From NCBI RefSeq assembly GCF_000011805.1, contig NC_006840.2: a DNA stretch of 32,000 nt. One strand, given 5' to 3'. Shown one piece after another: positions 20,346-30,053 of this stretch. Source of the stretch: Aliivibrio fischeri ES114. GTDB lineage: Bacteria > Pseudomonadota > Gammaproteobacteria > Enterobacterales > Vibrionaceae. The translations under genes were made by a program, and so were the position numbers. Positions within the stretch are counted from its first letter, which is position 1; each line of letters begins with the position of its first letter. The notes under the pieces are model-generated. The model searched no databases. It was given only the letters and a program-made list of their open reading frames with translations, and had not been told where the DNA came from.

Positions 20346-21029
20346 ATGACAATTCAAATTAAGCAATTATGCAAAACATACAATCAAGATACAGAGTTTC
20401 CAGTTCACGCCGTTGATCATCTCGATCTTACTATTGAGCAGGGGGAGTTTGTTGCTGTTATTGGTCCATCAGGTTCAGGCAAAACCACCTTACTTAATAT
20501 GCTAGGCGGTATTGATGCCGTAACGTCAGGAAAAGTGAGCATTGATAATCATGAATTAACCGAAATGGATGAAAAGCAACTGATTGAGTTTCGACGAGAC
20601 AATATCGGCTTTATTTTTCAAGACTACAGTTTATTACCTGTTTTAACTGCATTAGAGAATGTTGAGTTTGTTATGCTGTTACAGGGTCACGAAGAGGCTG
20701 AATGTAAATTACGAGCACAGCAATTATTAAAGCGAGTTGGACTAGAAGATCAACAGCACAAGCGACCAGCCCAATTATCTGGCGGTCAACAACAACGAGT
20801 AGCGGTGGCCAGAGCATTAGCCCCACGACCTCGTTTTATTATGGCAGATGAGCCAACGGCAAATTTAGATGCAAAGAGTACCGCAGAGCTGTTAGATATT
20901 ATGGAAGCGCTAAACCAAGAAGAGAATACAACGTTTATTTTTTCTACCCATGATTCTCGCGTATTTGAAAGAGCCAAAAGAATCATCGTGTTTGAAGATG
21001 GCCAATTAAAAGAAGATAAACAGCAATAA
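20346..21029 (+). CDS. LolD/MacB-type ABC transporter ATP-binding protein
   Basis: Walker A GPSGSGKT, signature LSGGQQQRVAVARAL, Walker B RFIMADEPTANLD, H-loop FSTHD. Confidence 0.96.
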   Translation: MTIQIKQLCKTYNQDTEFPVHAVDHLDLTIEQGEFVAVIGPSGSGKTTLLNMLGGIDAVTSGKVSIDNHELTEMDEKQLIEFRRDNIGFIFQDYSLLPVLTALENVEFVMLLQGHEEAECKLRAQQLLKRVGLEDQQHKRPAQLSGGQQQRVAVARALAPRPRFIMADEPTANLDAKSTAELLDIMEALNQEENTTFIFSTHDSRVFERAKRIIVFEDGQLKEDKQQ

Positions 21030-21151
21030 TAATGTGAGATAGATCTTGACCTAAATCTGATAGTACATAAACTCCAATGATTAGTTTTTATTAAAGAAAG
21101 ACGTAAGAGTTTGTTCTTACGCCTGATTCTATTCATTGACGAGGTTAAGTC

Positions 21152-22057
21152 ATGTCTAAACGTGATTATTATGAAGTCCTTGGTGTTTCTAAAAGCAGCA
21201 CAGAAAAAGAGATTAAAAAAGCATATAAACGTCTTGCGATGAAATACCACCCAGATAAAAATCAAGGTGATGCACAAGCCGCTGATAAGTTTAAAGAAAT
21301 TAAAGAAGCATACGAAGTATTAACTGATCCAGATAAGCGTGGTCAGTATGATGACTTTGGTCATGCAGCATTCCAAAATGGCGGTAACGGCGGCTTCGGT
21401 GGTGGTTTTGGAGGCGGCCATAGCCAAGGTTTTGGTGGATTTGAAGATATTTTTGGTAGTGCCTTTGGTGGTCGTTCGCGTGGCGGTTTTGGTAGTGGTG
21501 GATTTGAGGATATGTTCTCTCAACATCGTCAACCACGAGCACAAAAAGGACAAGATCGTCAGTTTAACCTGACTGTTGATTTTGCTGATGCAATTAAAGG
21601 TTGTGAGCAAATCATTGAGCTGCCAGTGAATGGCGTAAATAAAAAGATCAATGTAAAAGTACCAGCAGGTATTGAAGACGGTGAAAAGATCCGTTTTGCG
21701 GGTAAAGGTGAATCAGGTATTAACGGTGGCCCAGCTGGGGATCTACTGATCCAAATTAATACTCGACCACACGCAACATTAAAACGTGATGGAAATGATT
21801 TAATTTGTCCTGTGACAACGGATTTTGTTACTGCAGCTTTAGGTGGTGAAGTTGAAATTCAGACTTTAGAGAGTCGTTTTAAACTAAAAGTACCAGCAGG
21901 AACACAAAACGGTCGTAAATTCCGCATGAAAGAAAAAGGTGTGAAAAGCCGTAAAGGTGTAACGGGCGACTTATTGGTTGAAATTACCGTAGCAACACCA
22001 ACAAATTTAACCGAAGAGCAGAAAACATTGCTCATGAAGTTTAAAGAAATCGCATAA
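21152..22057 (+). CDS. DnaJ/CbpA-type J-domain co-chaperone lacking the zinc-finger domain
   Basis: J domain with HPD (KRLAMKYHPDKNQGD), G/F-rich linker, and DnaJ C-terminal domain. No CxxCxGxG repeats. Confidence 0.92.
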   Translation: MSKRDYYEVLGVSKSSTEKEIKKAYKRLAMKYHPDKNQGDAQAADKFKEIKEAYEVLTDPDKRGQYDDFGHAAFQNGGNGGFGGGFGGGHSQGFGGFEDIFGSAFGGRSRGGFGSGGFEDMFSQHRQPRAQKGQDRQFNLTVDFADAIKGCEQIIELPVNGVNKKINVKVPAGIEDGEKIRFAGKGESGINGGPAGDLLIQINTRPHATLKRDGNDLICPVTTDFVTAALGGEVEIQTLESRFKLKVPAGTQNGRKFRMKEKGVKSRKGVTGDLLVEITVATPTNLTEEQKTLLMKFKEIA

Positions 22058-22095
22058 CTAGCGGAAATATTTAACGAGAAAGGAGGCGTGAATAT

Positions 22096-23280
22096 ATGAT
22101 GAGAAAAATCGGATTATTCATGCCTTTTTTGTTGTTTGTTAGTTATGAAATACAAGCAGAAATTCCGGGTCTTGCACCAGAGAAAAAATGGGATTTAAAT
22201 GGCTATGTAAAGTACATGGCAACCAATACCATTCCTAACTCCTCCTCATATCCATCTACCTTTGATAATTTAATTCATCAGCGTTTTAATTTTGAATATC
22301 GCTTTTCGGATCATTTACGTGTGAATCTTGGTATGCGTAATCGTCTTATGTTCGGTGATACAGCTGAATACCCAAATTATGGAGAGTACATCTCTTATGA
22401 TCCTGGTTACGTTGATTTATCGAAAAACTGGCTGGATAAAAAGGGCGTTGTGGGGAACTCGCAGTTTGATCGTGCTTATATCAACTGGAATAAAAATGAT
22501 TGGCAAGCAAGAGTTGGACGATTCCGTATCAACTGGGGAATGACGACGGTTTGGAATCCGAATGACATTTTCAATTCTTATTCCATTTATGATTTTGATT
22601 ATGAAGAGCGTCCAGGAACGGATGCCATAATGGTAAGCAAAAAACTTGGTTTTGCTAGCTCAATTGATATGGTGTTTAACCCTAATTCAAACAGTGAGCT
22701 TGATAGCTATGCAACACGATACCTGTTTAATAAACAAGGGTGGGACATGCAAGTTCTATTAGGTAAATCTCACCTTGATTATGTGCTTGGTGCCGGTTTT
22801 GCTGGGGACATTTATGGAGCAGGGTTGAGAGGCGAATTCAGTTGGTTTGAACCCACTCAGAGTCGTTATGACAACCAAGATCTCGTTGCATCCAGTGTAT
22901 CAAGCCTTGAAATGGATTATCGATTTAACAGTGTGAATAATTGGGTGCTACAAGGCTCTGTGATGCATATCTCTGAACCGCAAGATGTAGATAGTGTAAT
23001 GAGCTATTTAAATCTCCCATTAACGGCACGAACCCTCAGTTTTACCCACTGGACTTGGTACTCAAGTTTAGGTTTTGATATCTCTTCTTTGTCACGCATG
23101 AATATCATGGGAAGTTATTATGACGATGGTTCTTATTTTATAGGGTTAAACCAAACCTATTCGTTATCCGATAACTGGCAGCTTATTGGGGTTGTGCAAT
23201 ATTTTGATGGCATGAATGATAGTGTATTTGGTGAAAACCCAAGTACTTTATTGTATGCGCAAGTGAAGTGGAGTTTTTAA
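22096..23280 (+). CDS. Predicted outer membrane beta-barrel protein
   Basis: Signal peptide, many alternating amphipathic strands, and a C-terminal aromatic ending (YAQVKWSF*) typical of outer-membrane barrels. Confidence 0.7.
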   Translation: MMRKIGLFMPFLLFVSYEIQAEIPGLAPEKKWDLNGYVKYMATNTIPNSSSYPSTFDNLIHQRFNFEYRFSDHLRVNLGMRNRLMFGDTAEYPNYGEYISYDPGYVDLSKNWLDKKGVVGNSQFDRAYINWNKNDWQARVGRFRINWGMTTVWNPNDIFNSYSIYDFDYEERPGTDAIMVSKKLGFASSIDMVFNPNSNSELDSYATRYLFNKQGWDMQVLLGKSHLDYVLGAGFAGDIYGAGLRGEFSWFEPTQSRYDNQDLVASSVSSLEMDYRFNSVNNWVLQGSVMHISEPQDVDSVMSYLNLPLTARTLSFTHWTWYSSLGFDISSLSRMNIMGSYYDDGSYFIGLNQTYSLSDNWQLIGVVQYFDGMNDSVFGENPSTLLYAQVKWSF

Positions 23281-23327
23281 TATAATCACTTGCTCTCAAG
23301 TCTTTTTCTTTCGCTACTTCTGATTAA

Positions 23328-23585
23328 TTACTGTGATTGGTATAAGTCTAGGTTGCTTTTTGCTTTATCACGACATAACCATGCTGCAAACTCTCTAATC
23401 TTAGGAAGAATGGTAAGGTTGGCAGTAATTGCCACAGGCCAAGCAATGGTAAAGCCATTCATCCATGCTGATACCCACTCAACACTGAATCCTCCCATTC
23501 TAATTGCCGACATAGAGCCAGACATTAATAGTGCCATGGTAACTGACGAAAGTAAGGCGGACACCCAAAATTGTTTTCTACTCAT
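23328..23585 (-). CDS. DUF2798 family small membrane protein
   Basis: 85 aa with two TM segments and WVSAWMNGFTIAWPVAITANLTILPKIREFAAW, characteristic of DUF2798. Preferred over the overlapping plus-strand ORF. Confidence 0.85.
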   Translation of the reverse strand: MSRKQFWVSALLSSVTMALLMSGSMSAIRMGGFSVEWVSAWMNGFTIAWPVAITANLTILPKIREFAAWLCRDKAKSNLDLYQSQ

Positions 23586-23677
23586 CTTTTCTCTCTTATT
23601 TTTAATAAATTAACGGTTAGTTATATTGGTAAATTTAATAAGAGTGAGTATATTAGTTTCATTAATGATAGAAAATA

Positions 23678-24559
23678 ATGAGTTCTAGAAGTATGAATTC
23701 CATATTTGGAAGTATTGATGATTTATTTCTTTTTTGTAAAGTGGCTCAGCTTGGGTCACAACAAAGTGCGGCAAAAGAGCTGAAAGTGCCCGTTTCAACG
23801 GTTTCACGCAGGATTTCATCTATGGAAGAGAAGTTAGGCGTTCGCTTATTAGAGAAAAGAGGACGAGAACTCGTACCAACAGAAACAGGAAAACACTATT
23901 ACCAATTGCTTGAAAGTCAGTTTTCAGACCTAGAAAGTAACTGTCATCAACTTAATGAGCACGTTGATGAAGTGACAGGGATGATTCGTTTATCTTTACC
24001 ATATCGATTTTATCATCATTATGTTCGTGATTTGATCGTGGATTTTTTACTGGAATACCCAAAGGCGCAAATTGAAGTCAACCTATGTGCAGAAGATACA
24101 CTACCAGCCACAGATCGAGATTTAGTACTGACTTTTGATATTAGCAGAGCCGATGGAATGATAGCTCGTCCTCTGTTTTTAGCAAAGCACGGTGTATTTG
24201 TGACCAAATCTTATTGGGAACATAATCAAACAAAGAATATTGAAGAGTTGGATTGGATTCGATTGAATGATCAGAAAAACCTAACTTATACCGATGAAAA
24301 GCAAACTTTAAAGGAAATACATGTCCGCCCTAGATTAGAGGTGAATGATCTTGACCAAGTACTTCATGCAACGGTTAAAGGGTTAGGGGCTGCTCGATTA
24401 CCAGTACACCTTGTTACTTCTGATATGGACTTAGTTGAGATCTTTCCTGATTACTCGTTTCCGCCAAGGCAATCGTATTTAGTATATAAACAACGAAAAT
24501 ATCAACCTAGAGCATTAACGATTCTAGTAGAGCGAATTATTAGCGTGATGGAACGATAA
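23678..24559 (+). CDS. LysR family transcriptional regulator
   Basis: HTH region CKVAQLGSQQSAAKELKVPVSTVSRRISSMEEKLGVRLLEKRGRELVPTETG. Divergent from the DUF2798 gene. Confidence 0.94.
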   Translation: MSSRSMNSIFGSIDDLFLFCKVAQLGSQQSAAKELKVPVSTVSRRISSMEEKLGVRLLEKRGRELVPTETGKHYYQLLESQFSDLESNCHQLNEHVDEVTGMIRLSLPYRFYHHYVRDLIVDFLLEYPKAQIEVNLCAEDTLPATDRDLVLTFDISRADGMIARPLFLAKHGVFVTKSYWEHNQTKNIEELDWIRLNDQKNLTYTDEKQTLKEIHVRPRLEVNDLDQVLHATVKGLGAARLPVHLVTSDMDLVEIFPDYSFPPRQSYLVYKQRKYQPRALTILVERIISVMER

Positions 24560-24607
24560 AATCCAAGTGCGTTAACACTTGGACTTTATTATTGAAATGT
24601 GAAAGCG

Positions 24608-25603
24608 TTAGTAAACAGTACACCACTCATTTTTCATATCGATTAAGTACCAGTTATCACGCTGGTTAGCTTCATCCATCGCTTTATCTAAATGGCCAAC
24701 ACTTGATTTACGATCGTATTTCCATTCACGAGCTTCGTCTGTGTGATGAACGATCATCGCCATTGAATTTGGCTGGCTAGTTGCCCATTGCATCATTGCA
24801 TGGTCACCATCTGAGTTACCAATGGCTAATACTGGTTTCTTACCAATGATGTGTTGAATATTTTCAACCTTACCTGCTTTGTCATCAATGGTCAGGATTT
24901 CACCTAGTTTAGTGACCGTTGGATTGCTGTTGTTGTAATCGTATTTGTATTTTAATGCGCTACCAATGATTTGCTCTTCAGGAATACCATACACTTCTGG
25001 TGCCCATGTACGCATGAAATCAACGCCACCGCCAGAAACGATATAAACTTTAAAGTCATGATCTTGTAGGTAAGTGACCATTTCACGCATTGGTTTGTAA
25101 GTAAGCTCAGTATAGGCTTTATTAAAATGTGGGTCTTTTGCTACTTCTAACCATTGTGCGACAGTTTGTTGGTATTCTTCAACGGTCATGCCACTGTGAG
25201 TTGCTGTAACTATGTCGAGTAGGGCTTTTTCACCACCAGCAAACACGTTTTTGATGTCATTATTTAGAACAGATTTAAATGGTTCTTGTGTTTTCCATTC
25301 AGGATGCTCTTTTGCCATGTTCTTTACTTGGTCCAGCGCAAATGCTAGCTGAAAATAGTAAGGTTTTTCTGACCATAATGTTCCATCATTATCGAAGACA
25401 GCAATGCGGTCTTGTTCAGGAATAAAGGTTTTTTTTGAAGCATCCGTAGATTGATCAACGTAGTTGACGATTGCTGTTTTACTTGCTCCATCTTGCCATG
25501 AAGGTAGTAGATTTGGGTCACAATCTAAAGCCATCGCTGAAAAGGATAAGCCAGATAAGACTGCTAGGGCACAGATATTTTTCTTATTCATATTATTATT
25601 CAC
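24608..25603 (-). CDS. Exported HAD-superfamily phosphatase-like protein
   Basis: Signal peptide (CALAVLSGLSFSAMA), HAD motif I FDNDGTLW, motif II VSGGG, and GNSDGDHAM. Confidence 0.88.
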   Translation of the reverse strand: MNNNMNKKNICALAVLSGLSFSAMALDCDPNLLPSWQDGASKTAIVNYVDQSTDASKKTFIPEQDRIAVFDNDGTLWSEKPYYFQLAFALDQVKNMAKEHPEWKTQEPFKSVLNNDIKNVFAGGEKALLDIVTATHSGMTVEEYQQTVAQWLEVAKDPHFNKAYTELTYKPMREMVTYLQDHDFKVYIVSGGGVDFMRTWAPEVYGIPEEQIIGSALKYKYDYNNSNPTVTKLGEILTIDDKAGKVENIQHIIGKKPVLAIGNSDGDHAMMQWATSQPNSMAMIVHHTDEAREWKYDRKSSVGHLDKAMDEANQRDNWYLIDMKNEWCTVY

Positions 25604-25704
25604 CTAATGTTTGTATCGTTTGAATACATTTATAAAGTCTAGCAATAAATGTCATGAAAAAAGGTTATAAGTGGTATAACAGCTTATATTGACTGTTAGT
25701 TATA

Positions 25705-26556
25705 TTAGATCCTATTCATAGTAGATGAGATTTCATCAATCAACAGCTTAGCTTTATCACTTTTTATTTGTAACAACGTCATGAAGAGTAAATCCGTGAT
25801 GACATTCTGAGCGGTTCTTGATGAAATGGATGAACTACGAAATTGTCTTTCATCTGCAATAGTATCAATACAAAAGTTAGCCAACTTACGTAGAGGGCTT
25901 TTCTTTGTACTTGTTAACGCAATCACCGTTGCTCCTTTATCCATTGCTGTTTGTGCAGCCATTAGGATTTCTTTTCGACTACCAGAATATGAGATAACGA
26001 TTTGAACATCTTGTTTGGTTAAGGTATTTGCCGTTGCAATTTGAACATGACTATCTTGCTCGGTCAGTGCTGTCATTCCAATTTTCAGTAATTTGAAGGC
26101 CAGATCTTTCGCTGTTAATGCGGAGCCACCAATCCCTACAATTTGAATACGTTGCGCTTGGTTAAGCAGAGTTGTGACGAGTTCAAATTCAGAGAAGTTA
26201 ATCGCGTTTGTTGTAGCTATCAGTGCGTGAGTTTTTTCTTGTACTAACTTCTGAGCAATGGTCAGGGAGGAGTCGTCACTATTGATCTTGTTATGGATAG
26301 GACGCTCAGGTTCGAGGATCGCTTGTTTTCGACCAAGATCTTCAATAATCGCTAACTTGAATGCTGTAAATCCTTTAAACCCGAGCCGTTGAGTAAGTTT
26401 CACAATACTTGATTGCGATACGCCTACTTTAGCGGCAAGAGCTTGGCTCGAATAGGAGCTGATTGAAGCTGGATCATCAAGAATAAAGTCCAAAATTTTA
26501 ATCCCGTTTGAGGATAAATTGCTTCTTTGGTTCTGTATCTTTTCTAAAATATTCAT
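25705..26556 (-). CDS. MurR/RpiR family transcriptional regulator
   Basis: N-terminal RpiR HTH (SSYSSQALAAKVGVSQSSIVKLTQRLGFKGFTAFKLAI) and SIS domain (IQIVGIGGSALTAKDLAFKLLKIG). Divergent from murQ. Confidence 0.93.
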   Translation of the reverse strand: MNILEKIQNQRSNLSSNGIKILDFILDDPASISSYSSQALAAKVGVSQSSIVKLTQRLGFKGFTAFKLAIIEDLGRKQAILEPERPIHNKINSDDSSLTIAQKLVQEKTHALIATTNAINFSEFELVTTLLNQAQRIQIVGIGGSALTAKDLAFKLLKIGMTALTEQDSHVQIATANTLTKQDVQIVISYSGSRKEILMAAQTAMDKGATVIALTSTKKSPLRKLANFCIDTIADERQFRSSSISSRTAQNVITDLLFMTLLQIKSDKAKLLIDEISSTMNRI

Positions 26557-26729
26557 TCCATCTCATTTTTATTGAATTAATTATTCCAAATTTGCTTATA
26601 TTATTCTTTTGTTTTTATCTTTCTGTAACTTGTTGTATATGAATGAGTTGTGCCATTTATTGAACTGTTTTTACTTAATTTTAAAATGTATTTATTCCAT
26701 CTATTTTGAGAGTTTAGAATAACTTTTGT

Positions 26730-26745
26730 TGTGATTTTGGTCACT
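26730..26745 (+). promoter_or_regulatory. Candidate CRP site upstream of murQ
   Basis: TGTGA-TTTTGG-TCACT, one mismatch to TGTGA-N6-TCACA, about 72 bp upstream of the murQ ATG. Confidence 0.7.
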
Positions 26746-26816
26746 TTATGGAATTTTTTATTCTTTATGATAGCAAGCATCAAAATTAAGCATTTAACTT
26801 TTAAAGAGTACAGATT

Positions 26817-27719
26817 ATGAAAATCGATTTAACAACATTAGTAACAGAGAGCCGTAACAAAGCGAGTGAAAATATCGATGTGTTATCAACGGTAGAAATG
26901 CTAACCGTTATTAACCAAGAAGATCAAAAAGTTGCATTGGCTGTTGAAGCGATTCTTCCTCAAATTGCAGATGTTGTTGATGCTATTGCCGTTGCTTTTC
27001 AATCTGGCGGTCGTTTGATTTACACAGGTGCGGGTACTTCAGGGCGTTTAGGTATTTTGGATGCAAGTGAATGTCCTCCAACGTATGGTTCAAACCCTGA
27101 TTTAGTTGTCGGCTTAATTGCTGGCGGACACAAAGCGATTTTAAAAGCGGTTGAGAATGCTGAAGATAACCGTGAATTAGGCGCATCGGATCTACAAGAC
27201 CTCGGTCTTAATGAGAAAGATGTTTTAGTTGGTATTGCGGCAAGTGGTCGAACGCCTTATGTACTTGGTGCGATGGAATATGCGAAATCAGTAGGAGCAA
27301 CGGTTGCGACACTAAGTTGTAATCCAAATAGCCCAATGACAGAGCTTGCAGATATTAACATGACACCTGTTGTAGGCCCTGAAGTAGTGACAGGTTCTTC
27401 TCGAATGAAGGCGGGAACAGCACAAAAATTAGTACTGAATATGCTAACAACAGGGGCGATGATCCGCACTGGTAAAGTATTTGGAAATCTAATGGTTGAC
27501 GTAGAAGCAACCAATGCAAAATTAGTTCAACGACAAAAAAATATTGTGATTGAAGCAACAGGTTGCTCAGAAGTCGAAGCTTCAGAAGCATTATCTCAAT
27601 GTGATAATCACTGTAAAACAGCCATTTTAATGGTCTTGTCAGGGTTAGATGCACAAAGTGCGAAAGCAAAATTAGCACAACATAATGGCTTTATTCGAAA
27701 TGCACTTTCAGACCAGTAA
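26817..27719 (+). CDS. murQ: N-acetylmuramic acid 6-phosphate etherase
   Basis: SIS-domain etherase motifs [25 protein letters not shown] and [24 protein letters not shown]. Confidence 0.97.
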   Translation: MKIDLTTLVTESRNKASENIDVLSTVEMLTVINQEDQKVALAVEAILPQIADVVDAIAVAFQSGGRLIYTGAGTSGRLGILDASECPPTYGSNPDLVVGLIAGGHKAILKAVENAEDNRELGASDLQDLGLNEKDVLVGIAASGRTPYVLGAMEYAKSVGATVATLSCNPNSPMTELADINMTPVVGPEVVTGSSRMKAGTAQKLVLNMLTTGAMIRTGKVFGNLMVDVEATNAKLVQRQKNIVIEATGCSEVEASEALSQCDNHCKTAILMVLSGLDAQSAKAKLAQHNGFIRNALSDQ

Positions 27720-27805
27720 TTGGTAACAAGGCCTTATACCAATCTGGATGAATCAAATTTTATCTAGGTTGGTACCTCAACGAACAAATTAAAAAGGAAC
27801 AGAAG

Positions 27806-29260
27806 ATGGCTAAAATAACCACTTCCATGATTCAAGAGATACTGACCGCAATTGGTGGCAAATCAAATGTCATTAAGTGTGGAAACTGTATGACACGTCT
27901 GCGCCTTACCCTTCATGATGATAATTTAGCAGATAGAGACACTATCAAACGTATTGCAGGTGTGATGGGACTTGTTGAGAGTGATGATCAATTTCAAATC
28001 GTATTAGGTCCGGGTAAAGCACAAACGGCAGCTGAGATGATGAATGAAATGATGGAAGGAGAGGAAGATAACTCAGCTTCAACAACGGCCGAAAGCCGAG
28101 ATTTAAAAGACGTTGCATCAGAACATAAACAGAAGTTAAAGAAAAAACAAACCAGCGCAGCACAACGTTTTTTGAGCAAGTTTGCTACCATTTTTACTCC
28201 ATTAATTCCGGGGTTCATTGCTGCTGGTCTGTTACTTGGTTTCGCAACCTTACTTGATCAAATTTATATCATAGGTAATGAGTCACCAAATGCGAATCTG
28301 GTGGATTTAATTCTTTATATGAAAGTCTTTAGTAAAGGCTTATTCAGCTTCTTAAGTATTTTAATTGGCTACAATGCACAACAAGCATTTGGTGGTTCAG
28401 GTGTAAATGGTGCGATCCTAGCGTCATTGTTTGTACTTGGTTATAACCCTGATGCAACCTCTGGTATTTATTCTGGTATGACGGACTTCTTTGGTCATGG
28501 TATTGACCCAAGAGGTAACATTATTGGTGTATTGATTGCCGCTATTATAGGTGCTGGCGTTGAGAAGAAAGTTCGCCAATACATGCCTGATAACCTAGAT
28601 ATGATTTTAACTTCGGTTGTGACGTTACTTATTATGGGTGCGGTTACCTTTGTGGTTATCATGCCGATAGGTGGTGTGTTATTCCAAGGTATGTCATGGT
28701 TATTCATGAACTTAAACGGCAACCCAATTGGTAGTGCAATTCTTGCGGGTCTGTTTTTAATCTCAGTAATGTTTGGTATTCACCAAGGCTTTGTACCGGT
28801 TTACTTTGCTCTAATGGATGCACAAGGCTTTAACTCACTGTTCCCAATCCTTGCGATGGCAGGTGCAGGTCAAGTGGGGGCGGCATTGGCTCTGTATGCA
28901 AAAGCAAATAAAGACGCGTTGTTACGTACTCAAGTAAAAGGTTCTATTATCCCAGGCTTTTTAGGCATAGGTGAGCCACTTATTTACGGTGTAACACTTC
29001 CACGAGTGAAACCATTTATCACAGCTTGTGTAGGTGGTGCTGCAGGTGGCTTCTTTATCGGCTTAGTTTCATACATGGGCTTACCAGTAGGTTTGAATAC
29101 TGTATTTGGTCCATCAGGTATCGTTGCTCTACCTCTTATGACATCTAACGCAGGTATCTTTGCCGGAATGCTAGTCTTTGCAGCAGGTTTGGTCATCTCA
29201 TATGTCGCTGGCTTTCTTGCAACTTGGTTCTTCGGAACAAAGAATGTTGATTTAAGCTAA
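27806..29260 (+). CDS. murP: PTS N-acetylmuramic acid transporter subunit EIIBC
   Basis: EIIB motif [20 protein letters not shown] region with [17 protein letters not shown], immediately downstream of murQ. Confidence 0.95.
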   Translation: MAKITTSMIQEILTAIGGKSNVIKCGNCMTRLRLTLHDDNLADRDTIKRIAGVMGLVESDDQFQIVLGPGKAQTAAEMMNEMMEGEEDNSASTTAESRDLKDVASEHKQKLKKKQTSAAQRFLSKFATIFTPLIPGFIAAGLLLGFATLLDQIYIIGNESPNANLVDLILYMKVFSKGLFSFLSILIGYNAQQAFGGSGVNGAILASLFVLGYNPDATSGIYSGMTDFFGHGIDPRGNIIGVLIAAIIGAGVEKKVRQYMPDNLDMILTSVVTLLIMGAVTFVVIMPIGGVLFQGMSWLFMNLNGNPIGSAILAGLFLISVMFGIHQGFVPVYFALMDAQGFNSLFPILAMAGAGQVGAALALYAKANKDALLRTQVKGSIIPGFLGIGEPLIYGVTLPRVKPFITACVGGAAGGFFIGLVSYMGLPVGLNTVFGPSGIVALPLMTSNAGIFAGMLVFAAGLVISYVAGFLATWFFGTKNVDLS

Positions 29261-29318
29261 GAGAAGAGTTCATAGAATAAATTAACGAATAAAAAGTACT
29301 TTCCCCTATAAGTACGCT

Positions 29319-29352
29319 AAGGCCTCACAGGTACCACTGTGGGGCCTTTTTT
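29319..29352 (+). terminator. Rho-independent terminator of murQP
   Basis: 12-bp stem AAGGCCTCACAG (29319-29330) / CTGTGGGGCCTT (29337-29348) with one G-U pair, 6-nt loop, T run. Confidence 0.93.
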
Positions 29353-29629
29353 CTTGATTTAGTTTTTTAATTTATCTGAAAAAATCTAAAATTGAGTTCT
29401 AACATGTTGTTATGCATGGTTTAATTTTTTATTGATTTATAAGTGATATTAAATTTAGTCGTTTTATTTTTTTTGGTGTTTTTTTTAAAGAAAATCTTGG
29501 TATTGTTGTTTTAACTTTATTTGATTCAGAAAGTATCTTTATTTTAAAGAATTGTTTACTACTGAATATTTATCATAAAAAATCCATATTTAAGGTTGTT
29601 TAATGAAACTACATATCAAAGGAGATATT

Positions 29630-29725
29630 TTGAAATTAATTAATATTTTGTCAAAAAAGAAAAATGTTACAGAAGAAGAATTAATTTATTTGGCTGTGAT
29701 TTCTTATTTTTCTAAAATTGAATGA
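29630..29725 (+). CDS. Possible 31-aa small protein with TTG start
   Basis: AAAGGAG lies just upstream of TTG at 29630; reads KLINILSKKKNVTEEELIYLAVISYFSKIE. The same frame opens at ATG 29603. Confidence 0.35.
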   Translation: MKLINILSKKKNVTEEELIYLAVISYFSKIE

Positions 29726-29774
29726 TTTAATTATTCATTTACTATTAATTAGACTTTGTAATTATTGGATTTAA

Positions 29775-30008
29775 ATGGAAATAAATAAAACATATATTTC
29801 GCACTCTATTGGTAGTTTTACAGATTTAATTGATTCACATGTATTTAATTTGGAAGGTGTAAATATACACTGTACGTTCACAATTAATAAGGATGAATAT
29901 TGGTTTTATAAAGTAATAGAGATGGCTTTTGAAAGAGGTATAGGGAAGGTTAGCTTAACTGATGGTACTAAATATCTTAATACAAAGACAAATGAGAAAG
30001 TTACATAA
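29775..30008 (+). CDS. Small hypothetical protein (77 aa)
   Basis: Intact ORF MEINKTYISHSIGSFTDLIDSHVFNLEGVN..., upstream of and on the same strand as the membrane regulator. No recognised domain. Confidence 0.55.
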   Translation: MEINKTYISHSIGSFTDLIDSHVFNLEGVNIHCTFTINKDEYWFYKVIEMAFERGIGKVSLTDGTKYLNTKTNEKVT

Positions 30009-30053
30009 ATGCTATAATATGGTTATTAAATATGTTTGTGTAGAATTGTTAAA

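Noticed and set aside
21102-21121. Hairpin CGTAAGA-GTTTGT-TCTTACG before the dnaJ-like gene as a terminator
   Set aside because: Only 7 bp, no T run after it; could be a leader structure but support is too weak to list as a feature.
20786-21277. 163 aa minus-strand ORF spanning the end of the ABC ATPase gene and the dnaJ-like start
   Set aside because: Most of it is antisense to conserved ATPase and J-domain coding sequence, with no domain or start-site support.
21300-21610. Several antisense/alternate-frame ORFs over the dnaJ-like G/F region
   Set aside because: Explained by low-complexity Gly/Phe codons; no plausible protein features.
23290-23613. 107 aa plus-strand ORF overlapping the DUF2798 gene
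   Set aside because: The minus-strand ORF has recognisable DUF2798 sequence and TM pattern; the plus-strand reading lacks family features.
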